Source of the DNA: Camelus ferus
Lineage: Eukaryota
NCBI RefSeq assembly: GCF_009834535.1
Contig: NC_045697.1
Span: 119,848,001 to 119,912,000, forward strand
Length of the DNA: 64,000 bases
Direction of reading: 5' to 3'
Below, piece after piece: positions 25,611 to 40,100 of the stretch. Made by a program: the position numbers and the translations under genes. The notes below the pieces were generated by a model. It worked only from the letters and a program-made list of their open reading frames with translations. It ran no database searches and was not told where the DNA came from. The stretch's first letter is position 1. Each line of letters starts with the position of its first letter.

Positions 25611-28600
25611 GAAAATATGCTCTGCTAACAATTTGGGAAAACTTCGAATACTCATGATAACAGAGCACATCTTTCTGTGTGTGATGGAGTAGGAAAACAA
25701 ACTCCAGGCATTTTTCTGGGGATCAAGTTTTTCCCACGTTTGGAGATGTCGGCTAGATTCCTTCACTGCCCATTGGGATGCATTGACTTCTTCGTTTTCA
25801 AGCCCAACTCCAAACTTTCCCTTGCATCCCGGTCTTGGATTATACCCAGTGATGACAGTCTAAGTGATTTAATCAGAGCTACGATGCTGCTGTCTTTTTA
25901 GGAACTTCCAGACACTTAGGATTCTGGATCACGGCTGTGATTGGTGGTAGCTTTGGAGACCCACGGCTCAGAGATGGCTGGGGGCACAGGTTTTTCCCTG
26001 TTAGGGAGATGTCCGTAATTTACCTCCACAGTCCATCTCTGGTCACTAGCTGCTACATGGCTATCCAGCGGAAGCGCAACATTCCCTCGCAGGCCGGCCT
26101 GGGAAAACAATCAGGGATAATAAGCCAGTGTTTCTATTGGAACCCAGGTGCTGCAGAATATTGTAGGATACTCCCCACACCCAGGAAAAGAAAACACGTC
26201 TTTGTGTGTCTCATGCAGTTTGGTAAACAAACTCCACGCATGTTTCAGGGGCTTAACGTGTTCCTAGATAGTGGGAGTTCGGGTAATTCCCTCTAATGCC
26301 CATGGGGAGGCACTCGCTCCTGCTTGGCTTTCCAGCCCAACCCCCAGCTTTCCCTCTCAGCCTGGCCTGGGAAAACACTCAGGGATAATATGCTATTGGT
26401 TGTTTTGGAACCCAGTCGCTACCTACCGTTGTAGGCTCCTTCCCACTTCTGGGATAACAGAAGAAATCTTTGTGTGTCTGATGGAGATGGGTAAACAAAC
26501 TCCACGCATGTTTCAGGGGGCACAGGTGTTCCAAGGCTATGGGACGTCGGAAAATTACCTCAAATTCTAATGGGGCGTATCTCACTGCTTCTATGAATTA
26601 CATCCAAACCCAAAGATTTACCTCGCAGCTAGGCGTGTGAAAACACTCACGGAAAAAGGAAATACAGGTGCTATTAGAACCCAGGCGCTGCTGATATTTG
26701 TAGAATCCTCCCCACACTCAGGATAGCAGAACACATCTTTGTGTGTGTGATTGTGTATAAAAATAAACTCCAGGCATATTTCTGGGGGTACAGCTGTTTC
26801 CATGTTTGGAGATGTCGCCTAATTATCTCCACTGCCAATGGGGAGGCAATCTATACTTCTTCGCTTTGCAGACCATCTCCCAAATTTACCTTACAGCACG
26901 GCCTAATAAACACCTAGGGATGACAGTATTAGTGATTCTATGAGAAAACAGGCGCTGCTGTCTGTTGGAGGTACAACACAGACTCAAAATTCCGGAGCAA
27001 GGATTTGCTTGGGGGAGGTTTGGAGACCAACACCACAAGAAGCCTGGGGGCACAGTTTCTCTTTGTCTGGGAGAAGTCCGCTAATTACCTCTACAGTCTA
27101 TCTCTGGGCACTCGTTGCTACTTGGCTTTCCAGCCGAACCACAAGCTTTACCTCGAAGCCCGCCTTGGGAAACACTCAGAGATAATAAGTTAATGGTTCT
27201 ATTGGAACACAAGCACTGCAGACCGTTGTAGGAACCTCCGCACACGCAGGATAACAGAAAATTTTTTTTGTGTCTCATTGAGATGGTAAAACTCCACGCA
27301 TGTTTCAGGGTGTACTGGTGTTCCTAGGTTGTGGGAGGTCAGATACAACCCACTACAGCCCATGGGGAAGTACTCACCCCTGCTTGGCTTTCCATTCCAT
27401 CCCCCAGTTTATTTGGCAACCTAGCCTGAGAAAACTATCAGGAAATATAGCTCAAGTTTCTATCAGAACCCCGGTGCTGCAGTCTGTTGTAGGAACTTCC
27501 ACACACACGATTCCCAAACACGGCATTGCTTGGAAATTTTTGAAACCCCAATCCACACACGTGGTTGGGGGCACAAGTTTTTCCCTGTTAGGGAGAAGTC
27601 CGCTAATTAGCTCTATAGTCCATCTCCGGCACACGCTGCTACTTGGATTCAAGCTCAACCACCATGTTTCCCTTGAAGCCAGGCCTGGGCTAACACAGAT
27701 TGAAAAGAAGTTATTGGTGCTATACGAACCCATGCCCTGCTGACAATTGTGGAAACCTTCAAACACTCAGGATAAAGAACATATCTTTCTGTGTGTGATG
27801 GAATAGGAAAACACACTCCAGGCATTTTTTTGGGGATCCAGGTTTTCCCAGGTTGGGAGATGTCGGCTACATAACTTCAGTTCCCATGGGGTGGCACTAT
27901 CTACTTCTTCGTTTTCAAGCCCAACTCCCAGGTTTCCCTTGAAGCCCGGACAAGTGAAACACCCATGGATGACAAATAAGTGATTCTATCAGAACCCCGG
28001 CGTTGCTGTCTGTTGGAGAAACCTCCAAACCTTCAGGATTCTGGAACAAGACTTTGAGTGTGGGGAGTGGTGGAACCCCAATCCACGCAGATGGATGGGG
28101 TCACAGAATTGTCCCTGTTATGGAGAAGTCCGCTAATTACCTCCACACTGCATTTTGGGGCACTCGCTGCTTCTTAGAATTTCAGTCTATCCCCCAGGTT
28201 TCCCTCGCAGCCCGGCATTTTAAAACACTCAGTGATAATAAGCTACGTTTCTATTGGAACCCAGGTGCTGCAGACAATTTAGGAACCTCCCCACACTCAG
28301 AATAACTGAACAATATTTGAGTGTCTGATTTAGATGGGTAAACTAAATCCACGCATGTTTCAGGTTGTATAGGCGTTCCTAGGTTGTGGGAGGTCGGATA
28401 TTTACATCCACTGTCCATGGGGAGTCCCTTGCAGTTGCTTGGATTCCAGCCCAACCCCCAGCGTTCCCTCGCATCCCGGCTTGTGAAAACACTCAGGGAA
28501 AAAAGCTACAGATTCTATAACAACTAAGTCGCTCCAGACAGTTATAGAAACCTCTCTACACTAAGGAAAACAGAACATATCTTTGTGTGTGTTTTGGTGT

Positions 28601-31600
28601 AGGAAAACACAGTAAGCCATGACTCTGGGTTGTAGGTGTTTGCAGGATGGGAAATGTTCGCTAATTAACTCCACTGCCCATGGGGAAGCACTCTCTTCTT
28701 CTTCGATATCCAGCCCTAATCCTAGCATTCCCTTGCAGCCCGACCGTGGAAAACACCCAGGGATGACAAACTAAATCATTCTATCAGAACCAGGGCGCTG
28801 CTGTATGTTGGAGGAACCTCCAAACACTCAGGATTCCGGAACACCGATTTGCTTGTTGCGAGTTGTGAAGCCCCACAGCACACTCATTGCTGGGGCCCAA
28901 GATTTTCCCTTTTAGGGCCAATTCCGCGAATTACCTCCATACTCCATCTCGGGGCACTCGCTGCTACTTGGATTTCCAGCCCACACCCAAGCTTTCCCTC
29001 TCAGACCTGCCTGGTAAAGCACACAGGGAAAATATGTTATTGGTTGTATTGGAACCCAGTCTATACTTACCGTTGTAGGAACCTTCCCACAACAAGTGTA
29101 AAAGAAGAAACATTTGTGTGTGTGATGGTGATGGGTAACCAAACTCCAAGCATGAATCAGGGGGCTTAGTTGTTCCAAGGTTGTGGGACGTCGGAAAATT
29201 ACCTCAAATTCTCATGGGGAGTATCTCGCTGCTGCTACGAATTACAGCCAAGCCCACAAATTTACCTCGCAGCCAGGCCTGTGAAAACACTCACGGAAAA
29301 CAAAATACTGGTACTTCTAGGACCAAGGCGCTGCTGAATTTTGTAGAATCCTCCCCACACTCAGGATAGCAGAACAAATATTTGTGTGTGTGATGGTGTA
29401 GGAAAATACACTCCAGGAATGTTTCTGGGGGTACAGCTTTTCCCAGGATAGGAAATGTCGCCTAATTACCTCCATTTCAAATGGGGAGGCACTTTATACT
29501 TCTTCGCTTTCCAGACAAACTCCCAGATTTCCTTTGAAGCCCGGCCTAAGGAAACACCTAGGAATGACAATATTAGTGATTCTATCAGAAACCCCGCTCT
29601 GCTGCCTGTTGGAGGTACAAAACACACTCAAAATAACGGAACATGGCTTTGCTTGGTGGAGGTGTGGAGACCAACACCACAAGATGCCTGGGGGTACAGT
29701 TTCTCTCGGTCTGGGAGAAGTCCACTAATAACCTCTACAGTGAATCTCTGGGCAATCCTGGCTATTTGGCTTTCCAGCCGAACCCCCAGTTTCCCTCGCA
29801 GCCCGCCATGGAAAACACTCAGAGATTATAAGCTAGTGATTCTATTTGAACACAGGCACGGCAGACAGTTGTAGGAAGCTCCGCACACGCAGGATAATAA
29901 AACACATATTTTGTGTCTGATTGAGATGGTAAAATCCCACGCATGTTTCAGGGGGTACAGGTTTTCCTAGGTTGAGGTAGGTCCGATTATTCCCATTAAT
30001 GCCCATGGGGAGGTAATCGCTCCTGATTGGATTTCCATCACAACCCCCAGTTTGCCTTGCAACCCAGCCAGAGAAAACAGTCAGAAAATTTAGATAAATT
30101 TTCTATTAGAACCCAGGTGCTGCTGAAAGATGTAGAAACCTCCCCATACACAGGGTAACAGAGCACATCTTTCTGTGTGTGATGGACTAGGAAAACACAC
30201 TCCAGGCATTTTTCTGGGGATCAAGTTTTTCCCAGGTTGGGAAATGTCGGCTAGATTCCTTCACTGCCCATTGGGATGCATTGACTTCTTCGTTTTCAAG
30301 CCCAACTCCCAACTTTCCCTTGCATCCCGGTCTTGGATTATACCCAGGGATGACAGTCTAAGTGATTTAATCAGAGCTACGATGCTGCTGTCTTTTTAGG
30401 AACTTCCAGACACTTAGGATTCTGGATCACGGCTGTGATTGGTGGTAGCTTTGGAGACCCACGGCACAGAGATGGCTGGGGGCACAGGTTTTTCCCTGTT
30501 AGGGAGATGTCCGTAATTTACCTCCACAGTCCATCTCTGGTCACTAGCTGCTACATGGCTATCCAGCGGAAGCGCAACTTTCCCTCGCAGGCCGGCCTGG
30601 GAAAACAATTAGGGATAATAAGCCAGTGTTTCTATTGGAACCCAGGTGCTGCAGAATATTGTAGGATACTCCCCACACCCAGGAAAAGAAAACACGTCTT
30701 TGTGTGTCTCATGCAGTTTGGTAAACAAACTCCACGCATGTTTCAGGGGCTTAACGTGTTCCTAGATAGTGGGAGTTCGGGTAATTCCCTCTAATGCCCA
30801 TGGGGAGGCACTCACTCCTGCTTGGCTTTCCAGCCCAACCCCCAGCTTTCCCTCTCAGCCTGGCCTGGGAAAACACTCAGGGATAATATGCTATTGGTTG
30901 TTTTGGAACCCAGTCGCTACCTACCGTTGTAGGCTCCTTTCCCACTCTGGGATAACAGAAGAAATCTTTGTGTGTCTGATGGAGATGGGTAAACAAACTC
31001 CACGCATGTTTCAGGGGGCACAGGTGTTCCAAGGCTATGGGACGTCGGAAAATTACCTCAAATTCTAATGGGGCGTATCTCACTGCTTCTATGAATTACA
31101 TCCAAACCCAAAGATTTACCTCGCAGCTAGGCGTGTGAAAACACTCACGGAAAAAGGAAATACAGGTGCTATTAGAACCAAGGCGCTGCTGATATTTGTA
31201 GAATCCTCCCCACACTCAGGATAGCAGAACACATCTTTGTGTGTGTGATTGTGTATAAAAATAAACTCCAGGCATATTTCTGGGGGTACAGCTGTTTCCA
31301 TGTTTGGAGATGTCGCCTAATTATCTCCACTGCCAATGGGGAGGCAATTTATACTTCTTCGCTTTGCAGACCATCTCCCAAATTTACCTTACAGCACGGC
31401 CTAATAAACACCTAGGGATGACAGTATTAGTGATTCTATGAGAAAACAGGCGCTGCTGTCTGTTGGAGGTACAACACAGACTCAAAATTCCGGAGCAAGG
31501 ATTTGCTTGGGGGAGGTTTGGAGACCAACACCACAAGAAGCCTGGGGGCACAGTTTCTCTTTGTCTGGGAGAAGTCCGCTAATTACCCTCTACAGTCTAT

Positions 31601-34600
31601 CTCTGGGCACTCGTTGCTACTTGGCTTTCCAGCCGAACCACAAGCTTTACCTCGAAGCCCGCCTTGGGAAACACTCAGAGATAATAAGTTAATGGTTCTA
31701 TTGGAACACAAGCACTGCAGACCGTTGTAGGAACCTCCGCACACGCAGGATAACAGAAAATTTTTTTTGTGTCTCATTGAGATGGTAAAACTCCACGCAT
31801 GTTTCAGGGTGTACTGGTGTTCCTAGGTTGTGGGAGGTCAGATACAACCCACTACAGCCCATGGGGAAGTACTCACCCCTGCTTGGCTTTCCATTCCATC
31901 CCCCAGTTTATTTGGCAACCTAGCCTGAGAAAACTATCAGGAAATATAGCTCAAGTTTCTATCAGAACCCCGGTGCTGCAGTCTGTTGTAGGAACTTCCA
32001 CACACACGATTCCCAAACACGGCATTGCTTGGAAATTTTTGAAACCCCAATCCACACACGTGGTTGGGGGCACAAGTTTTTCCCTGTTAGGGAGAAGTCC
32101 GCTAATTAGCTCTATAGTCCATCTCCGGCACACGCTGCTACTTGGATTCAAGCTCAACCACCATGTTTCCCTTGAAGCCAGGCCTGGGCTAACACAGATT
32201 GAAAAGAAGTTATTGGTGCTATACGAACCCATGCCCTGCTGACAATTGTGGAAACCTTCAAACACTCAGGATAAAAGAACATATCTTTCTGTGTGTGATG
32301 GAATAGGAAAACACACTCCAGGCATTTTTTTGGGGATCCAGGTTTTCCCAGGTTGGGAGATGTCGGCTACATAACTTCAGTTCCCATGGGGTGGCACTAT
32401 CTACTTCTTCGTTTTCAAGCCCAACTCCCAGGTTTCCCTTGAAGCCCGGACAAGTGAAACACCCATGGATGACAAATAAGTGATTCTATCAGAACCCCGG
32501 CGTTGCTGTCTGTTGGAGAAACCTCCAAACCTTCAGGATTCTGGAACAAGACTTTGAGTGTGGGGAGTGGTGGAACCCCAATCCACGCAGATGGATGGGG
32601 TCACAGAATTGTCCCTGTTATGGAGAAGTCCGCTAATTACCTCCACACTGCATTTTGGGGCACTCGCTGCTTCTTAGAATTTCAGTCTATCCCCCAGGTT
32701 TCCCTCGCAGCCCGGCATTTTAAAACACTCAGTGATAATAAGCTACGTTTCTATTGGAACCCAGGTGCTGCAGACAATTTAGGAACCTCCCCACACTCAG
32801 AATAACTGAACAATATTTGAGTGTCTGATTTAGATGGGTAAACTAAATCCACGCATGTTTCAGGTTGTATAGGCATTCCTAGGTTGTGGGAGGTCGGATA
32901 TTTACATCCACTGTCCATGGGGAGTCCCTTGCAGTTGCTTGGATTCCAGCCCAACCCCCAGCGTTCCCTCGCATCCCGGCTTGTGAAAACACTCAGGGAA
33001 AAAAGCTACAGATTCTATAACAACTAAGTCGCTCCTGACAGTTGTAGAAACCTCTCTACACTAAGGAAAACAGAACATATCTTTGTGTGTGTTTTGGTGT
33101 AGGAAAACACAGTAAGCCATGACTCTGGGTTGTAGGTGTTTGCAGGATGGGAAATGTTCGCTAATTAACTCCACTGCCCATGGGGAAGCACTCTCTTCTT
33201 CTTCGATATCCAGCCCTAATCCTAGCATTCCCTTGCAGCCCGACCGTGGAAAACACCCAGGGATGACAAACTAAATCATTCTATCAGAACCAGGGCGCTG
33301 CTGTATGTTGGAGGAACCTCCAAACACTCAGGATTCCGGAACACCGATTTGCTTGTTGCGAGTTGTGAAGCCCCACAGCACACTCATTGCTGGGGCCCAA
33401 GATTTTCCCTTTTAGGTCCAATTCCACGAATTACCTCCATACTCCATCTCGGGGCACTCGCTGCTACTTGGATTTCCAGCCCACACCCAAGCTTTCCCTC
33501 TTAGACCGGCCTGGTAATGCACACAGGTAAAATATTTTATTGGTTGTATTGGAACCCAGTCTATACCTACCGTTGTAGGAACCTTCCCACAACAAGGGTA
33601 AAAAAGAAACATTTGTGTGTGTGATGGTGATGGGTAAACAAACTCCAAGCATGAATCAGGGGGCTTAGGTGTTCCAAGGTTGTGGGACGTCGGAAAATTA
33701 CCTCAAATTCTCATGGGGAGTATCTCGCTGCTGCTACGAATTACAGCCAAGCCCACAGCTTTACCTCGCAGCCAGGCCTGTGAAAACACTCACGGAAAAC
33801 AAAATACTGGTGCTTCTAGAACCCAGGCGCTGCTGAAATTTGTAGAATCCTCCCCAAACTCAGGATAGCAGAACAAATATTTGTGTGTGTGATGGTGTAG
33901 GAAAATACACTCCAGGAATGTTTCTGGGGGTACAGCTTTTCCCAGGATTGGAGATGTCGCCTAATTACCTCCATTTCAAATGGGGAGGCACTCTATACTT
34001 CTTCGCTTTCCAGACAAACTCCCAGCTTTCCTTTGAAGCCCGGCCTAAGGAAACACCTAGGAATGACAATATTAGTGATTCTATCAGAAACCCCGCTCTG
34101 CTGCCTGTTGGAGGTACAAAACACACTCAAAATAACGGAACATGGCTTTGCTTGGTGGAGGTGTGGAGACCAACACCACAAGATGCCTGGGTGTACAGTT
34201 TCTCTCGGTCTGGGAGAAGTCCGCTAATAACCTCTACAGTGAATCTCTGGGCAATCCTGGCTATTTGGCTTTCCAGCCGAACCCCCAGTTTCCCTCGCAG
34301 CCCGCCCTGGAAAACACTCAGAGATTATAAGCTAGTGATTCTATTTGAACACAGGCACTGCAGACAGTTGTAGGAAGCTCCGCACACGCAGGATAATAAA
34401 ACACATATTTTGTGTCTGATTGAGATGGTAAAATCCCACGCATGTATCAGGGGGTACAGGTTTTCCTAGGTTGAGGTAGGTCCGATTATTCCCATTAATG
34501 CCCATGGGGAGGAAATCGCTCCTGATTGGATTTCCTTCCCAACCCCCAGTTTGCCTTGCAACCCAGCCAGAGAAAACAGTCAGAAAATTTAGATAAATTT

Positions 34601-37135
34601 TCTATTAGAACCCAGGCGCTGCTGAAAGATGTAGACACCTCCCCATACACAGGGTAACAGAGCACATCTTTCTGTGTGTGATGGTCTAGGAAAACACACA
34701 CCAGGCATTTTTCTGGGGATCCAGTTTTTCCCAGGTTGGGAAATGTCGGCTAGATTCCTTCACTGCCCATTGGGATGCATTGACTTCTTCTTCGTTTTCA
34801 AGCCCAACTCCCAACTTTCCCTTGCATCCCGGTCTTGGATTATAACCAGGGATGACAGTCTAAGTGATTTAATCAGAGCTAAGATGCTGCTGTCTTTTTT
34901 AGGAACTTCCAGACACTTAGGAATCTGGATCACGGCTATGCTTGGGTGTAGCTTTGGAGACCCACAACACAGAGATGGCTGGGGGCACAGGTTTTTCCCT
35001 GTTAGGGAGATGTCCACTAATTACCTCCACAGTCCATCTCGGGTCACTCGCTGCTACATGGCTTTCCAGCGGAAGCGCAACATTCCCTCGCAGGCCGGCC
35101 TGGGAAAACAATCAGGGATAATAAGCCAGTGGTTCTTTTGGAACCCAGGTGCTGCAGAACATTGTAGGATAGTACCCACACCCAGGAAAAGAGAACACGT
35201 CTTTGTGTGTAACATGCAGTTTGGTAAACATACTCCACGCGTGTTTCAGGGTTTAAGTTGTTCCTAGTTAGTGGGAGTTCGGGTAATTCCCTCCAATGCC
35301 CATGGGGAGGCACTCGCTCCTGTTGGCTTTCCAGCCCAACCCCCAGCTTTCCCTCTCAGCCCGGCCTGGGAAAACACTCAGGGATAATATGCTATTGGTT
35401 GTTTTGCAACCCAGTCGCTACCTAAAGTTTTAGGCACCTTCCCATATCTGGGATAACAGAAGAAAGCTTTGTGTGTCTGATGGAAATGGGTAAACAAACT
35501 CCACGCATGTTTCAGGGGGCACAGGTTTTCCAAGGCTGTGGGACGTCAGAAAATTTCCTCAAATTCTCATGGGGAGTATCTCACTGCTTCTATGAATTTC
35601 ATCCAAACCCACAGCTTTACCTCGCAGCTAGGCGTGTAAAAACACTCACGGAAATGGAAATACTGGTGCTATTAGAACCCAGGCGCTGCTGATATTTGTA
35701 GAATCCTCCCCAACTCAGGAGAGCAGAACACATCTTTGTGTGTTTGATGGTGTAGAAAAATAAACTACAGGCATAATTCTGCGGGTACAGCTGTTCGCAG
35801 GTTTGGAGATTTCGCCTAAATATCTCCACTGCCAACGGGGAAGCAATTTATAATTCTTCGCTTTTCAGACCATCTTCAAAATTTACCTTACAGCCCGGCC
35901 TAAAAAACACCTAGGGATTACAATATTAGTGATTCTATGAGAAAACAGGCGCTGCTGTATGTTGGAGGTACAACACAGACTCAAAATTCCGGAGCAAGGA
36001 TTTTCTAGGTGGAGGTGTGGAGACCAACACCACAAGATGACTGGGGGCACAGTATCTCTCTGTCTGGGAGAAGTCCGCTTATTAACTCCACATTCAATCT
36101 TTGGGCACTCGTTGCTACTTGGCTTTCCAGCCGAACCCCAGGCTTTCCCTCGCAGCCCGCCCTGGAAAACACTCAGAGATAATAAGTAAATGTTTCTATT
36201 GGAACACAAGCACTGCAGACCTTTTTAGGAACCTCCGCACATGCAGGATAACAGAAAAATTTTTTTGTGTCTCATTGAGATGGTAAAAGCTCCACGCATG
36301 TTTCAGGGTGTACTGGTGTTCCTAGGTTGTGGGAGGTCAGATACATCCCACTACAGCCCATGGGGAAGTAGTCAATCCTGCTTGGCTTTCCTGCCCATCC
36401 ACCAGTTTCCTATGCAACCCAGCCTGAGAAAACAGTCAGGAAATGTAGCTAAAATTTCTATCAGAACCCCAGTGCTGCAGTCTGTTGTAGGAACTTCCAC
36501 ACAAACAGGATTCCCAAACACAGCTTTGCTTGGAAGTGTTTTGAAGCACCAATACACACACGTGGCTGAGGGCACAAGTTTTTCCCTATTAGGGTGAATT
36601 CCGCTAATTAGCTCTACAGTCCATCTCGGGCAAATTCTGCTAGTTGGAATTCCAGCCCAACCCCCATGTTTCCCTTGCAGCCCGGCCTGGTGCAAAACAG
36701 AGGAAAAAGAAGCTATTGGTGCTATTCGAACCCATGCCCTGCTGACAATTGTGGAAAACTTCGAACACTCAGGATAACAGAACACATCTTTCTGTGTGTG
36801 ATGGAGTAGGAAAACACACTCCAGGCAATATTCTGGGGATCCAGGTTTTCCCAGGTTTGGAGATCTCGGCTAGATCCCTTCAGTGCTCATGGGGTGGCAC
36901 TGTATTCTTCTTCGTTTTCAAGCACAACTCCCAGTTTCCCTTGCAGCCCGGACATTTGAAACACCCATATATGACAAATAAGTGATTATATCAGAACCCC
37001 GGCGTTGCTGTCTGTTGGAGGAACCTCCAAAACTTCAGGATTCTGGAACACGTCTTTGAGTGTGGGGAGCTGTGGAACCCCAATCTACGCAGATGGATGG
37101 GGTCACAGAATTGTCCCTGTTAGGGAGAAGTCCGC
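25611..37135. repeat. 17-mer HOR (~4.50 kb): two close copies plus a more diverged partial third copy from ~34.6 kb
   Basis: ORF offsets are 4498-4500 (25677/30175, 25937/30435, 27300/31799, 28003/32503, 29494/33993). The monomer order equals the 19-mer minus one C-A dimer. Confidence 0.88.
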
Positions 37136-40100
37136 TAATTAAATCCACAGTCCATTTAGGGCACTCGCTGCTACTTGGCTTTCCATAACTACCCCCAGCT
37201 TTCCCTCACAGCCCGGCCTGGGTAAAAACTCAGGGATAAAATGCTATTGGTTTTATTGGAACCCAGGCGCTACCTAACGTTTTAGGAAACATCCCACACC
37301 TAGGATAACATAAGAAATCTTTCTGGGTCTGATGGAGTTGTGTAAACAAACTCCACGCATGTTTATTTGGGCACAGGTGTTCCAAGGCTGTGGGACGTCG
37401 GAAAAATACCTCACAATTTCATGGGGAGTAACATGCAACTTCTACGAATTTCAGCCCAACCCACAGCTTTACCTCGCAACCAGGCCTGTGAAAACAATCA
37501 TGGAAAAGGAAATACTGGTGCTATTATATCCCAGGTGCTGTTCACATTTGTAGAAACCTCCCCACACTCAGGATAGCGGAACACATCTTTGTGTGTATGA
37601 TGGTTTGGAAAATACACTCCAGGCATGTATCTGGGGGTACAGCTTTTACCAGGTTTGGAGATGTCGCCTAATTACCTCCACTGCCAATAGGGAGGCACCC
37701 TCTACTTCTTCGCTTTCCAGACCAACTCCCAAATAACCCTTGCAGCCCGGCCTAAGATAACACCTAGAAATGACAATATTAGTGATTCTATCAGAACAAC
37801 GTTGCTGCTGTCGGTTTGAGGTACCCAACACACTCAAAATTCCGGATCATGGCTTTCCTTGGGTGAGGTGTGGAGCCCCAAAACTCACAGATGCCTGGGG
37901 GCACAGGAATTCCCTGTTTATGAGAAGTCCGCTATTTACCTCTACAGTCAATCTCTAGGCACTTGTTGCTACTTGGCTTTCCAGCCGAAACCCCAGCTTT
38001 CCCACTCAGCCCGCCCTGGAAGACACTCAGAAGAAATAAGCAAGTGGTTCTAAAGGAACACAGGCACTGCAGACCGTTGTAGGTACCACCGCACACGCAG
38101 GATAACAGAACATATTTTTGTGTCTGATTGAGATGATAAAAACTCCACGCATGTTTCAGGGGGTACAGGTGTTCCTAGGTTGTGGGAGGTCAGATACTTC
38201 CCACTACAGCCCATGGGGAGGAAATCGCTCATGCTTGGCTTTCCAGCCCATCCCCAGTTTCCCTTGCAAACCAGCCTGAGAGAACACTCAGAGAATGTAG
38301 CTTAACTTTTAATTAGAACCCAGGCGCTGCTGACAGTTGTAGAAACCTCCCAATACACAGGGTAACAGAACACTTCTTTTTGTGTGTTATGTAGTAGTAA
38401 AACACACTCCATGCATGTATCTGGGGTGCAGGTTTAACCAGGTTGGGAGACGTTGACTAAGTATCTCCAGAGTCCATGGGGAGGCACTCAGTTTTTCTTG
38501 GTTTTCCAGCCCTACTCCCAGATTTCCCTTGCAGCCCGGGTTAGGAAAACACCCAGGGATGACAGACTAAGTGATTCTTTCAGAACCCTGGCGCTGATGT
38601 GTGTTGGAGGGACCCCAAACACACAGGATTCCCAAACACGGCTTTGCTTGTGTGAGTTTTGATCCCCACACCACACACAAGGCTGGGGGCACAAGTTTTT
38701 CCCTGTTAGGGAGAAGTCCGCTAATTACCTGAACAGTCAATCTCGGGGCACTCCCTGTTACTTGGATTTCCATCCCAACCCCCCGGTTTCCCTTTCAGCC
38801 CGGCCTGGGTTAACACACAGGGAAAAGAAACTAGTGGTGCTATTAGAACCCATGCGCTGCTGACAATTCTGGAAACCTTCGAACACTCAGGATAGCAGAA
38901 CACATCTTTCTGTGTGTGATGGAGTAGGAAAACACACGCCAGGCATTTTTCTGGGGATCCAGGTTTTCCCAGGTTGGGAGATGTCAGCTAGTTTCCTTTG
39001 CTGCTCATGGGGAGTCACTGTCTTCTTCTTCGTTTTCAAGCCCATCTCCCAGCTTTCCCTTGTAGCCCGGACTAGTGAAACACCCAGGGATGAAAAATAA
39101 ATGATTCTATCAATACCCAGGCGTTGCTGTCTGTTGGAGGATCCTCCAAACCCTCAGGGTTCTGGAACAAGACATTGCATGTTGGGAGTTGTGGAGCCCC
39201 AATCCACGCAGAAGGATGGGGTAACAGATTTGTCACTGTTAGGGAGAAGTCCGCTAATTAACTCCACAGTGCGTCTTGGGGCACTCGCTGCTTCTTGGCT
39301 TTTCAGCCAATTCCCCAGAATTCACTCGCAGCCCGGCCTTTGAAAACACTCAGGGCAATTAAGCTAAGGTTCTACAGGAACCCAAGTGCTGCAGACAGTT
39401 TTAGGAACCTCCCCAAACTCAGGATAACAGTACAATTCGTTGAGTGTCTGATAGAATTGGGTAAACTAACTCCACGCATGTTTCAGGTGGTTCAGGCATT
39501 CTTAGGTTGTGGAAGTACGCATAATTCCCTCCACAGTCCATGGAGAGGCCCTTGTAGTTGCTTGGATTTCCAGCCTTACCCCCAGCGTTTCCTCGCAGCC
39601 CGGCCTTGGAAAAATTCAGGGAATAAAAGCTACAGGTTTTGTTAGAACAATCTTGCTCCTGAAAGTTGTAGAAACCTCCCCACACTAAGGAAAAGTGAAG
39701 ACTTCTTTGTGTGTGTGATGGAGTAGGAAAACACACTAAAGGCATGTTTCTGGCGGTCAGGTGTTCCCAGGAAGGGAGATTCTGGCTAATTACTTCCAAT
39801 GCCCATGGGGAGCCACTCTGATTTTCTTCGTTTTCCAGCCCTACTCCCAGCATCCCTTGCTGCACGGGTTAAGAAGACACCCAGATATGACAAGATAAGT
39901 AATTCTATCAGAACCCCGGCGCTGCTGTCAGTTGCAGGAACCTCCACACACACAGGATTCCCAAACACGGCTTTGATTGGGGAGTTGTGAAGCCCCACTC
40001 CACACACATGGCTGGGGGCACAAGTATTTCCCTGTTATTGAGAAGTCAGTTAAATACCTCCACAGTGCATCTAGGGGCACTCGCTGCTTCTTGGCTTTTC

